Part shown: in pieces, positions 46,579 to 59,979 of the stretch
Position numbering within the stretch: the stretch's first letter is position 1
Layout of the letters: every line of letters starts with the position of its first letter
Source of the DNA: Dictyostelium discoideum
Taxonomy: Eukaryota
Reading direction: 5' to 3'
Assembly: GCA_000004695.1 (NCBI GenBank)
Contig: CM000154.2
Location: 1,248,001-1,312,000 of the forward strand
Length of the DNA: 64,000 bases
Program-made: the position numbers and the translations under genes
Notes under the pieces: model-generated
What the model saw: only the letters and a program-made list of their open reading frames with translations
What the model was told of the DNA's origin: nothing
The model's database searches: none

Positions 46579-46678
46579 GAGAAAATTATAATAAAATTTT
46601 TAAATTTTAATATCTTGTTTTGCTTAGTGTTTGGTTTTTTTTTTTTTTTTTTTTTATATATGAAAGATTTAAATTAAT

Positions 46679-47902
46679 TTAATCTAAATTTTCCAATGGT
46701 TGGATTGGTTTATTAATTTCTTTTATAGACTCTGTATTTAATTGGCCACATGCAGCCAAGATATCACGACCACGTGGTTGTCTAATAGTAACCTTTATAC
46801 CTTTATCATCTAAAATTTTAGAGAATTGGGAAATAGTTTCCTTTGAAGAAGATTTATATTGTGATCCAGGCCATGGATTAAAAGGTATTAAATTTACAAA
46901 AGATGGAAAAGATTTTGAAAGTTTAACTAAATCATAAGCATCTTGTTCTGAATCATTTACACCTTTTAACATTACATATTCGATTGTTATTCTTTCTTTA
47001 CAATTTTTTGAAAATTTAATACAAGCTTCAACCAATTCAGAGATTGGCCATTGTCTATTTGCAGGTACAATCTCTGAACGAGTTTTATCATTTGCACTAT
47101 GTAATGAAATTGCTAAACCAATACCAGGGAAATCACTACCCAGTCTATCGATCAAAGGTACGACACCACTTGTTGAAACTGTGATTTTACTCTTACCAAT
47201 TGCCAAACCATTTGGATCAGTTATGATTTTGATTGCCTTTGAAACGTTTCTATAATTATAAAATGGTTCACCCTGACCCATAAACACTATATTAGTTAGA
47301 GTTCTTTTTATTGAGGAATCTGTAAAATCATTTAAAACATGTCTTGTCGCTATTACTTGTGATACGATTTCTGATGCAGTTAAATTTCTAATGAATTTTT
47401 GGGTACCAGTATGACAAAATGTGCAGGCGAATGTACAACCAACTTGTGATGAAACACAGAGTGTACCTCTTTTACCTTCGGGTATAAACACACTCTCGAC
47501 TTCTGCACCATCAAATGAAATTAAAAGTTTTCTAGTTCCATCTACTGATAATTGATGTTTGGTAATCTCACCTATATTAACTTCATATTTTGATTTTATT
47601 TCTTCTCTTTTTTCTTTTGATACTCTTTCAAATGAATTTATATCCACAATGCCTTTATTATACATAAATGCCCATATTTGTTCACTTAAATATTTTGGAT
47701 ATCCAAGTTTTAAAACTTTATCTTCTAATTCATCTTTTTGAATTCCAATTAAATTAATTTTTTTTATTATATCTGTTTTTTCATTGGTGGTTGTTGTTGT
47801 TGTTAATATTGATTCATTTTTTGAATCAAAATTTTTAATCTTTGAAAATGAATTACAATCTCTTTTTAAAATTTGATTATTTATTAAAATTCTTCTTATC
47901 AT
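46679..47902 (-). CDS. Radical-SAM 23S rRNA/tRNA adenine-C2 methyltransferase of the RlmN family, probably mitochondrial.
   Basis: It is a single exon with an ATG at 47902. The radical-SAM Cys cluster is CTFACTFCHTG. RlmN-type motifs include GQGEP and TVSTSG, and a C-terminal Cys is present. The basic N-terminal extension MIRRILINNQILKR looks like a mitochondrial presequence. Confidence 0.8.
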   Translation of the reverse strand: MIRRILINNQILKRDCNSFSKIKNFDSKNESILTTTTTTNEKTDIIKKINLIGIQKDELEDKVLKLGYPKYLSEQIWAFMYNKGIVDINSFERVSKEKREEIKSKYEVNIGEITKHQLSVDGTRKLLISFDGAEVESVFIPEGKRGTLCVSSQVGCTFACTFCHTGTQKFIRNLTASEIVSQVIATRHVLNDFTDSSIKRTLTNIVFMGQGEPFYNYRNVSKAIKIITDPNGLAIGKSKITVSTSGVVPLIDRLGSDFPGIGLAISLHSANDKTRSEIVPANRQWPISELVEACIKFSKNCKERITIEYVMLKGVNDSEQDAYDLVKLSKSFPSFVNLIPFNPWPGSQYKSSSKETISQFSKILDDKGIKVTIRQPRGRDILAACGQLNTESIKEINKPIQPLENLD

Positions 47903-48274
47903 TTTTTTATATTAAAATTAAAAACAAAAAAAAAAAAACAAAAAAAAAAAAAATCTATTTGAAAAAAAAAAAAAAAAAAAACGTTCGTTGGTCGTTTTTT
48001 TTAAAATTTTAACTTTTTTTTAAAAACTTTTTCTAAACACTTTTTTTGATTTTGGAAATAAACAAATTTATTTTTCTATTTTTTAAAATTCTAAAATCCC
48101 CAAACTATATTCAGTAATAAAGAAATAACAAAATAAAATAAAATAAAATACTTTTAAAAATAAAAAACAATTTCTTTTAATTAAATTTTATTATTATTTT
48201 TTTTTTTTTTATACATTTTTTTTAATTCTTTTTTTTTAATTTTTTAATTTTTTTTATTAATTTAAAATTTTAAA

Positions 48275-51200
48275 TTAAGTTTGAGTAAACATACGTGGAG
48301 CAATTGACATTGACATTAATTCTTGGAATAAAAGTTTTGCAGCATATGGCATTCTAATTTGAGAAATTTGAGTTTTATTTTTACATCTACGACATTCAAA
48401 TGAATTCTTTTTTAGATTTGCAATTGCAATGAGACCACAAATATCACAAATATGAACACGATAACTATCTGATTGATCGAATAAACGTTCTTTTAAGAAT
48501 TGAGCTGCACCATGAGAAATCATACAATCCTAAAATTATAATAATAATAATAATAATTTAAAATTAATAACTATTTTTACCTTATTTTTTTTTTTTTTTT
48601 TTTTTTTTTTATTAAAAAAACTTACTCTTTCCATCTCACCAAAACGTAAACCACCATCACGAGAACGACCTTCTACAGGTTGACGGGTTAAAATTTGAAC
48701 AGGACCTCTTGAACGACTGTGAATTTTATCATCCACCATATGTTTTAAACGTTGATAATAAGTTGGACCAATAAAGATTTGAGCATCCATACGACGACCA
48801 GTGTGACCATTATACATAACTTCATGACCAGTCATTTGATAACCAATTTTGTGTAGTGCTTGTGAAATAGCTTCTACAGTGACATCAGTGAATGGGGTAG
48901 CATCACCTTCATCACCAGTTGAAGCAGATACTTTACCAAGAAGACATTCAATCAATTGACCAATGGTCATACGAGATGGAATAGCATGTGGATTTACAAT
49001 GATATCTGGAACGATACCTTCAACAGTGAATGGTAAATCCTCTTGACGATAAGCCATACCACAAGTACCTTTTTGACCATGACGAGAAGAGAACTTATCA
49101 CCGATTTGAGGTACACGCATTGAACGAACACGAACTTTACAAAATTTGAAACCTTCACCACTTGTGGTGAGAATAACTTGATCGACAATACCAGTCTCTG
49201 AGGAACGGAGTGCTGTTGAACTATCACGTTTAGTGTGACGACGTGTTTTTGGACCTAAATCATCATCGGATGGTGGTAATGGAGTGGTTTTACCAATGAT
49301 AATATCATCACCAGCCACACGGACACCTGGAGCAACCAAACCATCGTCATCAATCTTTTCATAGGAACCATGACGCATACCAGCGCAAGTATCACGTTCT
49401 GGTTTTTCAAATACTTCTTCCATGAGTGAGGTTTGTTTCTTTTGTTCATCCTTGTATGCACGATAAAACATTGAACGGAAAAGACCACGATCAATAGCCG
49501 ATTGATTTAAAATTACAGAATCCTCTTGATTGTAACCAGAGTAACAAGCGATGGCTACACATACATTTTGACCGGCAGGTAACTCTCTGAAATGAAGATA
49601 CTCCATTGAACGAGTGGTTACCAATGGTTTCTGTGGATAGAATAACACATGGGCCATAGTATCCATACGAAGTTGATAATTTGTAATATAAACACCCATA
49701 GCTTGTTTACCCATAGCAGCTTGATAGGTATTACGTGGTGATTGATTATGATCTGGGAAAGGAATGATAGAGCAACAAATACCCAAAATCATCGATGGAT
49801 GAATTTCACAATGTGTATAGGTATGCACAATTTGCTCGTTTGGCATTGGCACCAAATCTTCGGGAGTCATTGCAATTAGAACGGTCTCTTCTTCTTCAGC
49901 ATCGATATATTCAACGATACCCTCACTTAGGAGATCTTGCCATTTGTATTCGTCATTGTTGATCAATTTATTGATATGTTGTTTCTTAATTTGAACTTTA
50001 TTGTCTTGAACCACAAACAATGGACGACAACATCTACCAGGATCAGTGTACAATCTTAATTCCTTCTCACGAATATCTCTAACAACTGAAACCTCTACGG
50101 ATACATCACCACAACGACGCAATAAACGAAGGGTACTTAATAACTTATCTGGTTGATGATGAATACCTACCCACATACCATTTACAAAGATCTTTGTAGC
50201 AGAGAAAATTGAAGAGAGATCACTAATCTCCTCGAGATTCTCTGTTGTCCATTCTTCAAGAAACTCTAAAATTGGTTGAGATGCTGAACCTACAGAAATG
50301 TAAGACATCATAGCAAGATTCTTTACCAAACCACATGCTTGACCTTCTGGTGTTTCGGATGGACAAACGATACCCCAATGAGTGTTATGAAGTTGACGTG
50401 GTTTTGCTAATTTACCCTCTCTACCGATTGGTGTATTCAAACGACGTAAATGAGATAATGTTGAGGCAAAAGTTAAACGATTCAATACTTGAGCTACACC
50501 ACTCTTTGTGCCACCACTCTTTGAAGAACCCCAATTACCAGTTGCCAATGAATATTTCAAACCACTTGTTATTGTTTTGGATTTAACAGCAGATGATGCA
50601 ATGAATTCTTTATCTTTATCTATACAACGTTGAAGATAAAGACGGACATCTTTTGTAAGTTTTTTAAAAAGTTGACGGAAAAGTGTACCAAGTAGTGGAC
50701 CAGCCAAATCCAAACGTTTATTTGCAAAATGATCACGATCATCCAATGGACGTCTTTCAAGTGAAGCCAATAAAAGACGATGAGTGATATAACCAAAGTA
50801 AAATGCTTTCTTTGTTTCATAGAATTCAGCGACACTAACATGTGGTAACATTTCCTTTTGTAATACTTCACGAGCGAATTTGATACGTTGTTCACGAGTA
50901 CCCATTGTGGAACCACGTTTACCCAAATAATCCAAAGCAACCTCTTGTGATTGAATGACAAAGGACTCCTCGAGTGATGGTCTCATAAGATCCATCATTT
51001 GGGCATCCTTGAAGTCATAACAAATATGTTCTAAAATATCTTTATCGGCAACAAAACCCAATGCTCTAAAGACAATGATAACGGGTACATCTTGTTTAAT
51101 GTAGGGTACAGTGGCTTTGATACCCACTGGACCCTTGTTGGTATTGTGTAACATTTTCAAATACATTGTTGAGGTTGGTCTTGAACCTGTCTCTTGACAA

Positions 51201-51643
51201 GAACGAATCTCTGCAACATATGAATATTTTGATGGTGGTGATTTCTTAAATACGTAAACATGATTGTTGTTCATCTTCTCTTGTGCAATCAATACCTTTT
51301 CACTACCATTAATGATGAAATAACCGCCTTGATCGAATGAACATTCTCCCATCGTTGTTAAATCTCTATCATCTGCTTCATTCAACATACAATATTGTGA
51401 ACGTAACATAATTGGTACTTTACCAATGAAAATTCTCTTTAATACCTCATCGGTTCTTCTTTCATCACCTTTACTCTTTGATCCTGTCATCACCGTTTTC
51501 GTAATATCCACAAATAATGGTGCTGAATAGGTTAAATTTCTAATTCTTGCTTGATTTGGTGTAACTTGTTGTGATACACCATCAATTTCTGCTGTTGGTT
51601 TACTAAGATAAATTTGTCCAAATTTAACTGAAAATGTTGATAC

Positions 51644-51677
<34 letters not shown>

Positions 51678-52079
51678 TAATAATAATAAATTATTAATAA
51701 ATTATAAATATTTATATTATGAGAGTGTGTGTGTATAATTATTGAAATAAATTCATACATTATTACTAACTACTGCTTGACCTGGATGATGTTGTGATTC
51801 AGGTCTTAATGTAATTGGTGGTGATTCATCTATAATTTCTTGCATTGTATTTTGAATAAACTCATCAAATGAATCTAATTGTTGTCTAACTAAACCTTTC
51901 TCTTGAAAATATGCACTAATAACTGTCCAAACATCCTCTTGCGATATATCTGCATGTGGATTATCTATAAAATCATTATAATTTAATAGTTAATAATAAT
52001 TATAATAATAGTAAATATACAATATACTATATATAATATACATACCTTGGGAATCATCATTCATCATATAATCAGACAT
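48275..52079 (-). CDS. rpb2: DNA-directed RNA polymerase II second-largest subunit (RPB2), about 1170 aa in 4 exons.
   Basis: Exon 1 is 34 nt at 52079..52046 ([11 protein letters not shown], donor GTATGT). Exon 2 is 51964..51759 ([38 protein letters not shown], donor GTATGA). Exon 3 is 51643..48626 and ends GEMER|GTAAGT. Exon 4 is 48529..48275 ([16 protein letters not shown]...HICDICG...CRRCKNK...[24 protein letters not shown]). The phases are consistent. Hallmark motifs include [13 protein letters not shown] and [13 protein letters not shown]. Confidence 0.9.
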
Positions 52080-52099
52080 TTTATTTTATATATATATAT

Positions 52100-52255
52100 T
52101 TGTTTTTGTTTTTGTTTTTGTTTTTGTTTTTGTTTTTGTTTTTGTTTTGTTTTCGTTTTTGTTTTTGTTTTTGTTTTTGTTTTTGTTTTTGTTTTTGTTT
52201 TTGTTTTTGTTTTTGTTTGTTTTTGTTTTTGTTTTTGTTTTTGATTGTTTTTGTT
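52100..52255. repeat. (GTTTTT)n hexanucleotide microsatellite of about 25 units immediately upstream of the RPB2 start codon.
   Basis: It is a direct repeat with a few 5-mer variants. It produces phantom ORFs 52047..52244 (+) and 52086..52316 (-). Confidence 0.9.
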
Positions 52256-52714
52256 TAAGAAAAAAAAAAATTGAAAAATTTATGTGTATATATAAATGAA
52301 TATATATTGAATCCAAATTTCTAAAAGAATAAAAAAAAAAAAAAAAAATGATGTAATGAGGGTCGGGAAGTTGATTTACAAGTGATTTAATTCGATTTGG
52401 TTTGATATTTTTTTATTTTATTTTATTTTATTTCCCAAAAAAAAAAAGATATTTATTTTAGTTCAATTTTAATCTATCTTTTTTTTTTGGTGTTCACTCT
52501 GTAATGAATTAACAAAAAAATGAAAAAATTTGAAAAAAAAAAACTTTTTGAGAAATCCAAAAAAAAAAAAATTAAAAAAAATAAAAAAAAAAAAATAAAA
52601 AAAAAATAAAAATAAAAAATAAATTTCAACCTTTGAGGGGGAAAATCATTATTTGATATAGAATAATGATTTTTTTTTTTTTTTATTTTTAGAATTCTAT
52701 TTTTAATTTAATAA

Positions 52715-54137
52715 TTATTTATTTTTTGAGTTTTCAAAATAATAACTATCTAAAATTGAAGGAGAATTACTTTTCATTGCAAACACATAAACATAATGAC
52801 CTTGAATTAAATCCCATTCTTCAAATTCATCAAAAATTTCTAATTTTTCAGTTCTTTTTTTTTTTTTTAAAAAAAAAATATTTAAGTTAGTTTTTATTTC
52901 TAAAAGATTTCAATCCTTTTATATATATTAATTTGATACATACTCCTTTATTCTATTCTTATTTATAAAATCACTATATACATGTCTCATATCTAAAATC
53001 TCTGTTTTATTCCAACCAAGATTATTATATCTTTTTCTTTGATCATCAATTTCTGGAAATGATTCAATTGATAATAATGGACAACCTTTCATCTATTAAA
53101 ATAGTAATAAAGAATAAAGAATAATGATAATATTATTAATAAATTTTAAAAATTGATTATTATTATTATTTTTATAATAATTCTTACTTCAATATTTTTA
53201 ATCATCATTCTACCAAATTCATCATTTGGTTTAATTTGTTCATAAGTTATGAAACAAGATTCAGAGAATTTATTAGATGCCCATTGAATAACATCGTTAC
53301 CACATTTGGTTGGAATATAAACTAAAACACATTCTGATAAGAATAAAGTTGGTACATTATAATCTATCTCTAATTCATCGAAAATTTTAAATGTTTCTAA
53401 ATTGGTTAAATCAATTGAACCTAATCTATATGATTTCGATGATACTCTCTGATGATTTACCATTGATGCTAACTTTTCATTCGTATCATATTTACTATCC
53501 CATTCTTGATCAATCATTGATTGCAACTCTTTATGATTTTGAATTATCTTTATTTTATTACTAATCACTTGATCATAATCAACTTCAAAATATATAAAAT
53601 CCTTTTTAATATCTTTATTATTCTATTTTTTAAATTAAAAAAAATAAAAAAATAAAAAAAAAATAAAAAAAAAGTTAGTAAAAGTTAATAATAAAAAAAA
53701 AATTAAAAAATTATAAAAAAATTTTATTTTTTTTTTTTTACCATTAATCTAAAATAATAAGTATCAAAACCACAACCTAAACTAATGATTTGTTTTTTAT
53801 TTATATCTTTATATTGAGTAAAGAATTGTGATACTAATTGTTCAATACATTCAACTCTTGAAAAGAAACCACGATTGATTAATGGTTGTCTTCTAATTGG
53901 ATGTTTAACAAAATATTTTACAAATGGGTCTGAATAATATCCAACATTGACTGCTGATAATTTACATGAAGCTGCATCATCATTGGTTCCAATAATTGAT
54001 TCTTTATGACTTTTCTTTATTGAGGTTCTTGGTGCATGTGAATTATTATTATTACTATTATTATTATTGTTATTATTATTATTTTTATTATTGTTATGGC
54101 TACCAATACTACTTAATGGTGGTATTGAAAATGACAT
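52715..54137 (-). CDS. Leucine carboxyl methyltransferase (LCMT1/PPM1-type PP2A methyltransferase) in 4 exons.
   Basis: Exon 1 is 54137..53742 (...GYYSDPFVKYFV...LINRGFFSRV...IISLGCGFDTYYFRLM, donor GTAAAA). Exon 2 is 53622..53188 with donor GTAAGA. Exon 3 is 53092..52944 with donor GTATGT in phase 2. Exon 4 is 52853..52715. The phases are consistent. The motifs match the LCMT family fold. Confidence 0.75.
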
Positions 54138-54174
54138 ATTTGGATTATTTTATAAAATAAATATATTTTTGCCC

Positions 54175-54205
<31 letters not shown>

Positions 54206-54979
54206 AAAAATAAAAAAAAAAAGTTTTATTTTTGGCAAATTAAAGTTGTGTGTGAAGACTGGAAATTTTTTTTTTTTTTTTTTTTTAAATTTAATTTTTT
54301 TTTTTTTAAATTTATTTTCTTTTTTTTTTTTTTTTTTTTTTGTTTTTTCAATTTTTTTTTTTTATATTTTCTTTATTATACACCCGTATTTTTTTTTTAT
54401 ATATAAACAATTCTCCATATATATATATATATATAACTTTTTTCTTTTCTTTTTTTAATCATATATATATATATATATATACATTCATTTATATACATAA
54501 TATATATAAATATTATATAGTTGCCAAGCCTCAAACCGCCCGAGAACAGTAGAAAGAAAAGATACGATTTGTTCAGAAAAACAGTAAAGAGAGAATCCAA
54601 AAAAAAAAAAAAAAAAAAAAAAAAAACAAAAAAAAAACAAAAAAAAAGAAAATAATAATAAATAAATAATCTCAAAGGTGACATTAACAAAAGTTTAATA
54701 ATCACTTTTTTGGTTTAAAAAAAAAAAAAATAAAAATAAAAGTAAAAAAAAATAAAATAAAATAAAAAAAAAAAAAAATATATATATATACCATATATAT
54801 AAAAAAAATAATACATTAAAAAAAAAAAAAAAAAAATTTTTATATAAATAAAAAAAAAAAATAAAAAAAAAAAACTTTATTCTTGTGAAGTATTTGTTTT
54901 TTTTTTTTTTTTTTTTTTTTTTTTTCTCCCAAGTGTTTTTAAAATTAGATTTTCGAATTATAATTTATAATTTTCAAAA

Positions 54980-55375
54980 ATGAATAAAAATGGTGGACCA
55001 CCAGTTGCCAATATAACAACTTCATCCACTACAATCACATCTACAACCACAACACAAGCAAAATCACAATTACCATCATCACTTTCGGTAAATAATTTAC
55101 ACACAACACAAGGTTCAACTGATCAACCAACCATTTTGGGTGTAACTGAGCCAATTTCAACCGCTCCACCATCATCTATTGATTTTAAACTTTCCACTGA
55201 ACTTGAGAATACATTAATTTCTTTCAATTTATTTGAATCACCAGAGGAGAGTAGAAAAAGAGAAGAGATTTTAGGTAAATTAAATCAAATTGTTAGAGAA
55301 TGGGCAAAACAAGTTAGTTTAAAAAAGGTAAATTATTATTATTTTTATTTTTCTTGTAATCATTATTTTTTTACT

Positions 55376-55436
<61 letters not shown>

Positions 55437-57635
55437 GGGTTATCCAGAACAAACTGCATCAGAAGTTGTAGCAAAAATTTTTACATTTGGTTCATATAGA
55501 TTGGGTGTACATGGCCCAGGTAGTGATATTGATACACTTTGTGTTGGTCCAAAACATATAATGAGATCAGACTTTTTTGATGATTTATCAGATATTTTAA
55601 AAGTTCATCCAGAAATTACAGAATTTACAGTAAATATTATTAGATAATTATTATTTATATTAAAATATAACAAATCAAATTAAATTTTTAATACTAATTT
55701 ATTAATTTTTTATTTATTTTTTTTATTTTTTATTTTTATTTATAGACAGTCAAAGATGCATTTGTACCAGTTATAACAATGGTATTTTCAGGTATACCAA
55801 TTGATTTAATTTATGCAAAATTAGCATTAACAGCAATTCCAGAAGAATTAAATGATTTAATTGATGAATCATTTTTAAAGAATATTGATGAAAAGAGTAT
55901 TCTTAGTTTAAATGGTTGTCGTGTGACTGATCAAATTTTAAAATTGGTACCAAATATTCCAAACTTTAGAATGGCATTAAGATGTATTAAACTTTGGGCA
56001 ATTAGAAGAGGTATTTATTCAAATATTTTAGGATTTTTAGGTGGTGTATCGTGGGCACTTTTAACAGCAAGAATCTGTCAACTCTATCCAAACTCTGCAC
56101 CAAGTACCATCATTCATAGATTTTTCAAGGTATATGAAATTTGGAAATGGCCAGCACCCATTTTATTATGTCACATTCAAGAGGGTGGTATTTTAGGTCC
56201 AAAGGTTTGGAATCCAAAGAGAGATAAAGCTCATTTAATGCCAATTATTACACCAGCATATCCTTCAATGAATTCCACTTACAATGTATCCAAATCAACA
56301 TTACAATTAATGAAGAGTGAATTTGTTAGAGGTGCAGAGATCACAAGAAAGATTGAAACTGGTGAATGTACTTGGAAGAATTTATTGGAGAAATGTGATT
56401 TCTTCACTCGTTATAGTTTTTATATAGAGATCGATTGTTATTCAATGAATGAAGAAGATTCTAGAAAATGGGAGGGTTGGATAGAATCCAAATTAAGATT
56501 TTTAATTTCAAACTTAGAGTCTACACCAAAGATGAAGTTTGCTGTGCCATATCCAAAAGGATTTACAAACAATCTTCATAAAGCAAATAATCCCGATCAA
56601 ATTTGTACCTCTTTTTTCATGGGTCTCTCTTTTAATTTTTCAAATACACCAGGTGCCGATAAAAGTGTTGATTTAACCAAAGCTGTGACTGAATTCACTG
56701 GTATAATTAAAGATTGGCTTAGAACTCAACCAAATCCTGATACAATGGATATTAAAGTACAATATATTAAAAAGAAACAACTTCCAGCTTTTGTAAAGGA
56801 TGAAGGTCCTGAAGAACCTGTAAAAACTACAAAGAAGAGATCTTCAACTGGTGAACCTTCTGCAACTAGAAAGAAATTAAAAAGTGAAAATTCTGATAAT
56901 AAATTAAATTCTCCAAAATCTCCAATAACTACAAATATTAATTCTACACCTACTACTTCCACTCCTACTACTACTGCTAATACTACCACTAATACTACCA
57001 CTGCTACTACTACTACCACTACTACAACTGTTCCGATCACTTCCACACCAACTTCAAATATTTCTTCACCAACTATGAATTCTACAGAGTTAACTACACC
57101 AACTTCAACCTCTACAACAACTTCAAATGATTCAATTACAACTCCTCCTACCACTACAACTATCAACTCTGTACAACCACCATCTGCACAACCAACCGAA
57201 AATGGTTCATCAACATCTAATTCACCAACATCTACTTCAATAAATAATACCGCATTACCACCCAATCCAACCACAAACAGTGAGTCAACTATTGAAACAA
57301 CAATAACCCTACCAACAACATTAGAGTCACAAACATCAACATTAAAAGATAGTAACGAAATATCCACCAATGGTACAGCAGTTGCAACTGAACCAACAAT
57401 TACTTCACCATCTGTAAATATAAATGAATCATCAACATCAACATCAACAACAACTACAACAACAGTAACCGAACAACAAATTCAAACTGCACCAACAACT
57501 GCTACTCCAATAAATAAAACCATTGTAAACACTATGGAAGTTAATGAATTAAGCTTCATTTCATCTTCAAGTGAAACTTCTCAATCTAAACCACCACCAA
57601 AGAAACCAACTATCAGTATTATTAGAGGCAATTAA
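54980..57635 (+). CDS. Canonical nuclear poly(A) polymerase, about 809 aa in 3 exons.
   Basis: Exon 1 is 54980..55327 with donor GTAAAT. Exon 2 is 55437..55628 after a T40 A25 AG acceptor, and ends with donor GTAAAT. Exon 3 is 55746..57635. The nucleotidyltransferase core is [24 protein letters not shown]. The central domain has [23 protein letters not shown] and [16 protein letters not shown]. The C-terminal region is Thr/Ser/Pro-rich. Confidence 0.85.
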
Positions 57636-58169
57636 AATTTTCACAACTAAAACGACATCATCTTCACATTCCATCTTTTTTTTTTTTTTTTTATTTTTTT
57701 GGATTTTTTTTTTTTTCCTTTTCCACTTCTTTCCTATCCTTTCTTTTTTCTTTTTTTTTTTTTTTTCCATTTTCCATTTTCCTTTGATCTATTTTTCCCT
57801 TTTCTATCATATATTTTTTTTTTTTTCCTTTTACTAGGTTGGTAGGTATAAACACTCAAATCCAATAAAATAAAACTACAAAAAAAAAAAAATAAACAAC
57901 AAAAAAAAAACAAAAAAAAAAAACAACAAAACAAAAAAAAAAAGCAATAATAATAATAATAATAATAATAATAGTAATCAATTTTACCTTTTTTTTTTTA
58001 TCTCTTCAAATATTTAAATAAAGTTATAAAAAGTATAATTTTTTTAGACACTTGTTCTAAATTACTTTTTTAAAAAAAAAAAAAAAAATTAAAAGGCTTG
58101 TGTATGAATAATTACTATTTTTTTTTAAAAAATTTAATCTAATTTATTTTTTCTTTTTTTTTTGTTTAT

Positions 58170-59857
58170 TTAATGATGTTCATCGAAATCGATAGCATGT
58201 TGTAATTGATTTAAATCTTCGATAGTTCTACGTTTTAAGATGAGGTCACGAGCAGTATCCATTTTACCATAGTTACCATAACATAAGACACCAACGACAT
58301 TATTGTTATCATTCAAGTAATAGATGTTACCTTTGGTGTAGGATTGTTTAGTTTCATCAGAGGATGGCTTCTCCCAAACTGAAAATGTTTTTAATTTTGA
58401 GCTAGTATTACCAACAGCTTCAAAACCAACACCTGGTGTTAAATCTGACCAAAAGAATGGTTGATATGTGTATGGAGCTGGTGTATCCTTAGTTGACATA
58501 TTTGAACCAGCCATTTCACCAGTGGCACGTGCATGGTCATGATGTTCAACACGACGACGTACACCTAAACTGAAATCATAATAGGATGCGACATCACCAG
58601 CGACATATAGATCGGTACGAGCTTGAAGTTCTGGATTGACGACATAACCACCATTTATTGGATCTATTTCTAATGTTGTACTTTTAACTACATTTGTATT
58701 TGGAATGATACCGGCGGCAACAACAACATGATCAGTTTCAAAGGTTTTACCATTGTTTAAAGTGACAGTTAATCTACCATTTTCAGAGTTATCGACTACA
58801 TCTTTAATTAAAGTACCAGTGTGAACATTAACACCACTCTTAATGATTTCTTCAGTTGCATATTTACTAAGATAGTCTGGGAATAAAGTACTTAATACAC
58901 CAGATTCTGGGAAAATTTGATCGATTTTAATGTTTTTATCTTGAAAGTTTGAATTGATTGCACAAGTTAATTCACTACCTAAGAAACCACCACCTAAAAC
59001 GGTGACATGTTTACCACCATCCTTTACAACTTCATAAAGTTTTCTAAAATCTTCAACGGTTCTATAGGTTGAAATCTTTTTATCATTGGTTGATGTGAAT
59101 TTTAATTGACGTGGTTCACCACCTGTTGCAATTAAACATTTGTCATAACGAATTAATTTACCATCATTTAATAATACTAATTTTTCATCAATATGTAAAT
59201 CAATAACTTTTTTAGTTCTAATAAATTGTAAAATTTCATTACCATATGCTGATTCTTGTTCATATAATAAACTAAAAAAAATAAAAAAATAAAAAAATAA
59301 AAATAATTAATATTATGAAAAAGACTAATATAAATAAATAATAAAATGAAAATAACATACTTTTGTTTTTTACCAGACCAATCAGAGAAATTTAAAGTAT
59401 TTACAACATTATCATCTTTAGTAGCCCAAAGTGATTTTGTTAATGGTGGTCTTTGATATGGAACTTCATACTCTTTTGAAATTAAAAGGATAGTTGCTTC
59501 TTTATCATTCTCTAAGATTTTATCAATTGCATGGTAAGCTGCTGTTCCACCACCAATGATTACATATTTAAATTGTTCAATATCATATTCTTCATCCATC
59601 TTCTTTTGATAATCTTCTTTGGTTTTTGGTGGTTGTGATTTTTTTTCTTTGACATCAATTGATGGAGTTGATTCTGGTTCTTTTTCTTGATCTAAAAATA
59701 CACAACCAGCAAATAATGCTGATACACCAACTGATACACCAACAATTGATTTGAATGCATTGTTTCCATTTTTACCACTGAATCTTCCTTTTGATGAGGA
59801 TTGGTAAAATCTATTTCCAATTGTAAATTTTGTTAATTTTGTTAAATTTCTTATCAT
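58170..59857 (-). CDS. aifA: Apoptosis-inducing factor (AIF)-like mitochondrial FAD-dependent oxidoreductase, about 532 aa in 2 exons.
   Basis: Exon 1 is 59857..59361 with donor GTATGT in phase 2. The intron is about 88 nt. Exon 2 is 59271..58170. It has a mitochondrial presequence plus a TM segment, a dinucleotide-binding motif YVIIGGGTAAYHA, the AIF-type PYQRPPLTKSLW motif, and a second Rossmann motif VTVLGGGFLGSELT. Confidence 0.85.
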
Positions 59858-59934
59858 TTTTTTTTATTTTTTTTTTTTGGGTTGGGGATGTTGAAAAAAA
59901 AAATAAATTAATGAATCAAATGATGTTAAAAATG

Positions 59935-59979
<45 letters not shown>

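Noticed and set aside
52047-52316. CFCFCF... and KTKTKN... ORFs
   Set aside because: They are read-throughs of the (GTTTTT)n microsatellite on both strands.
56726-57370. A 214-aa minus-strand ORF rich in Val and Gly
   Set aside because: It is antisense to the Thr/Ser/Pro-rich C-terminal region of poly(A) polymerase and has no start context.
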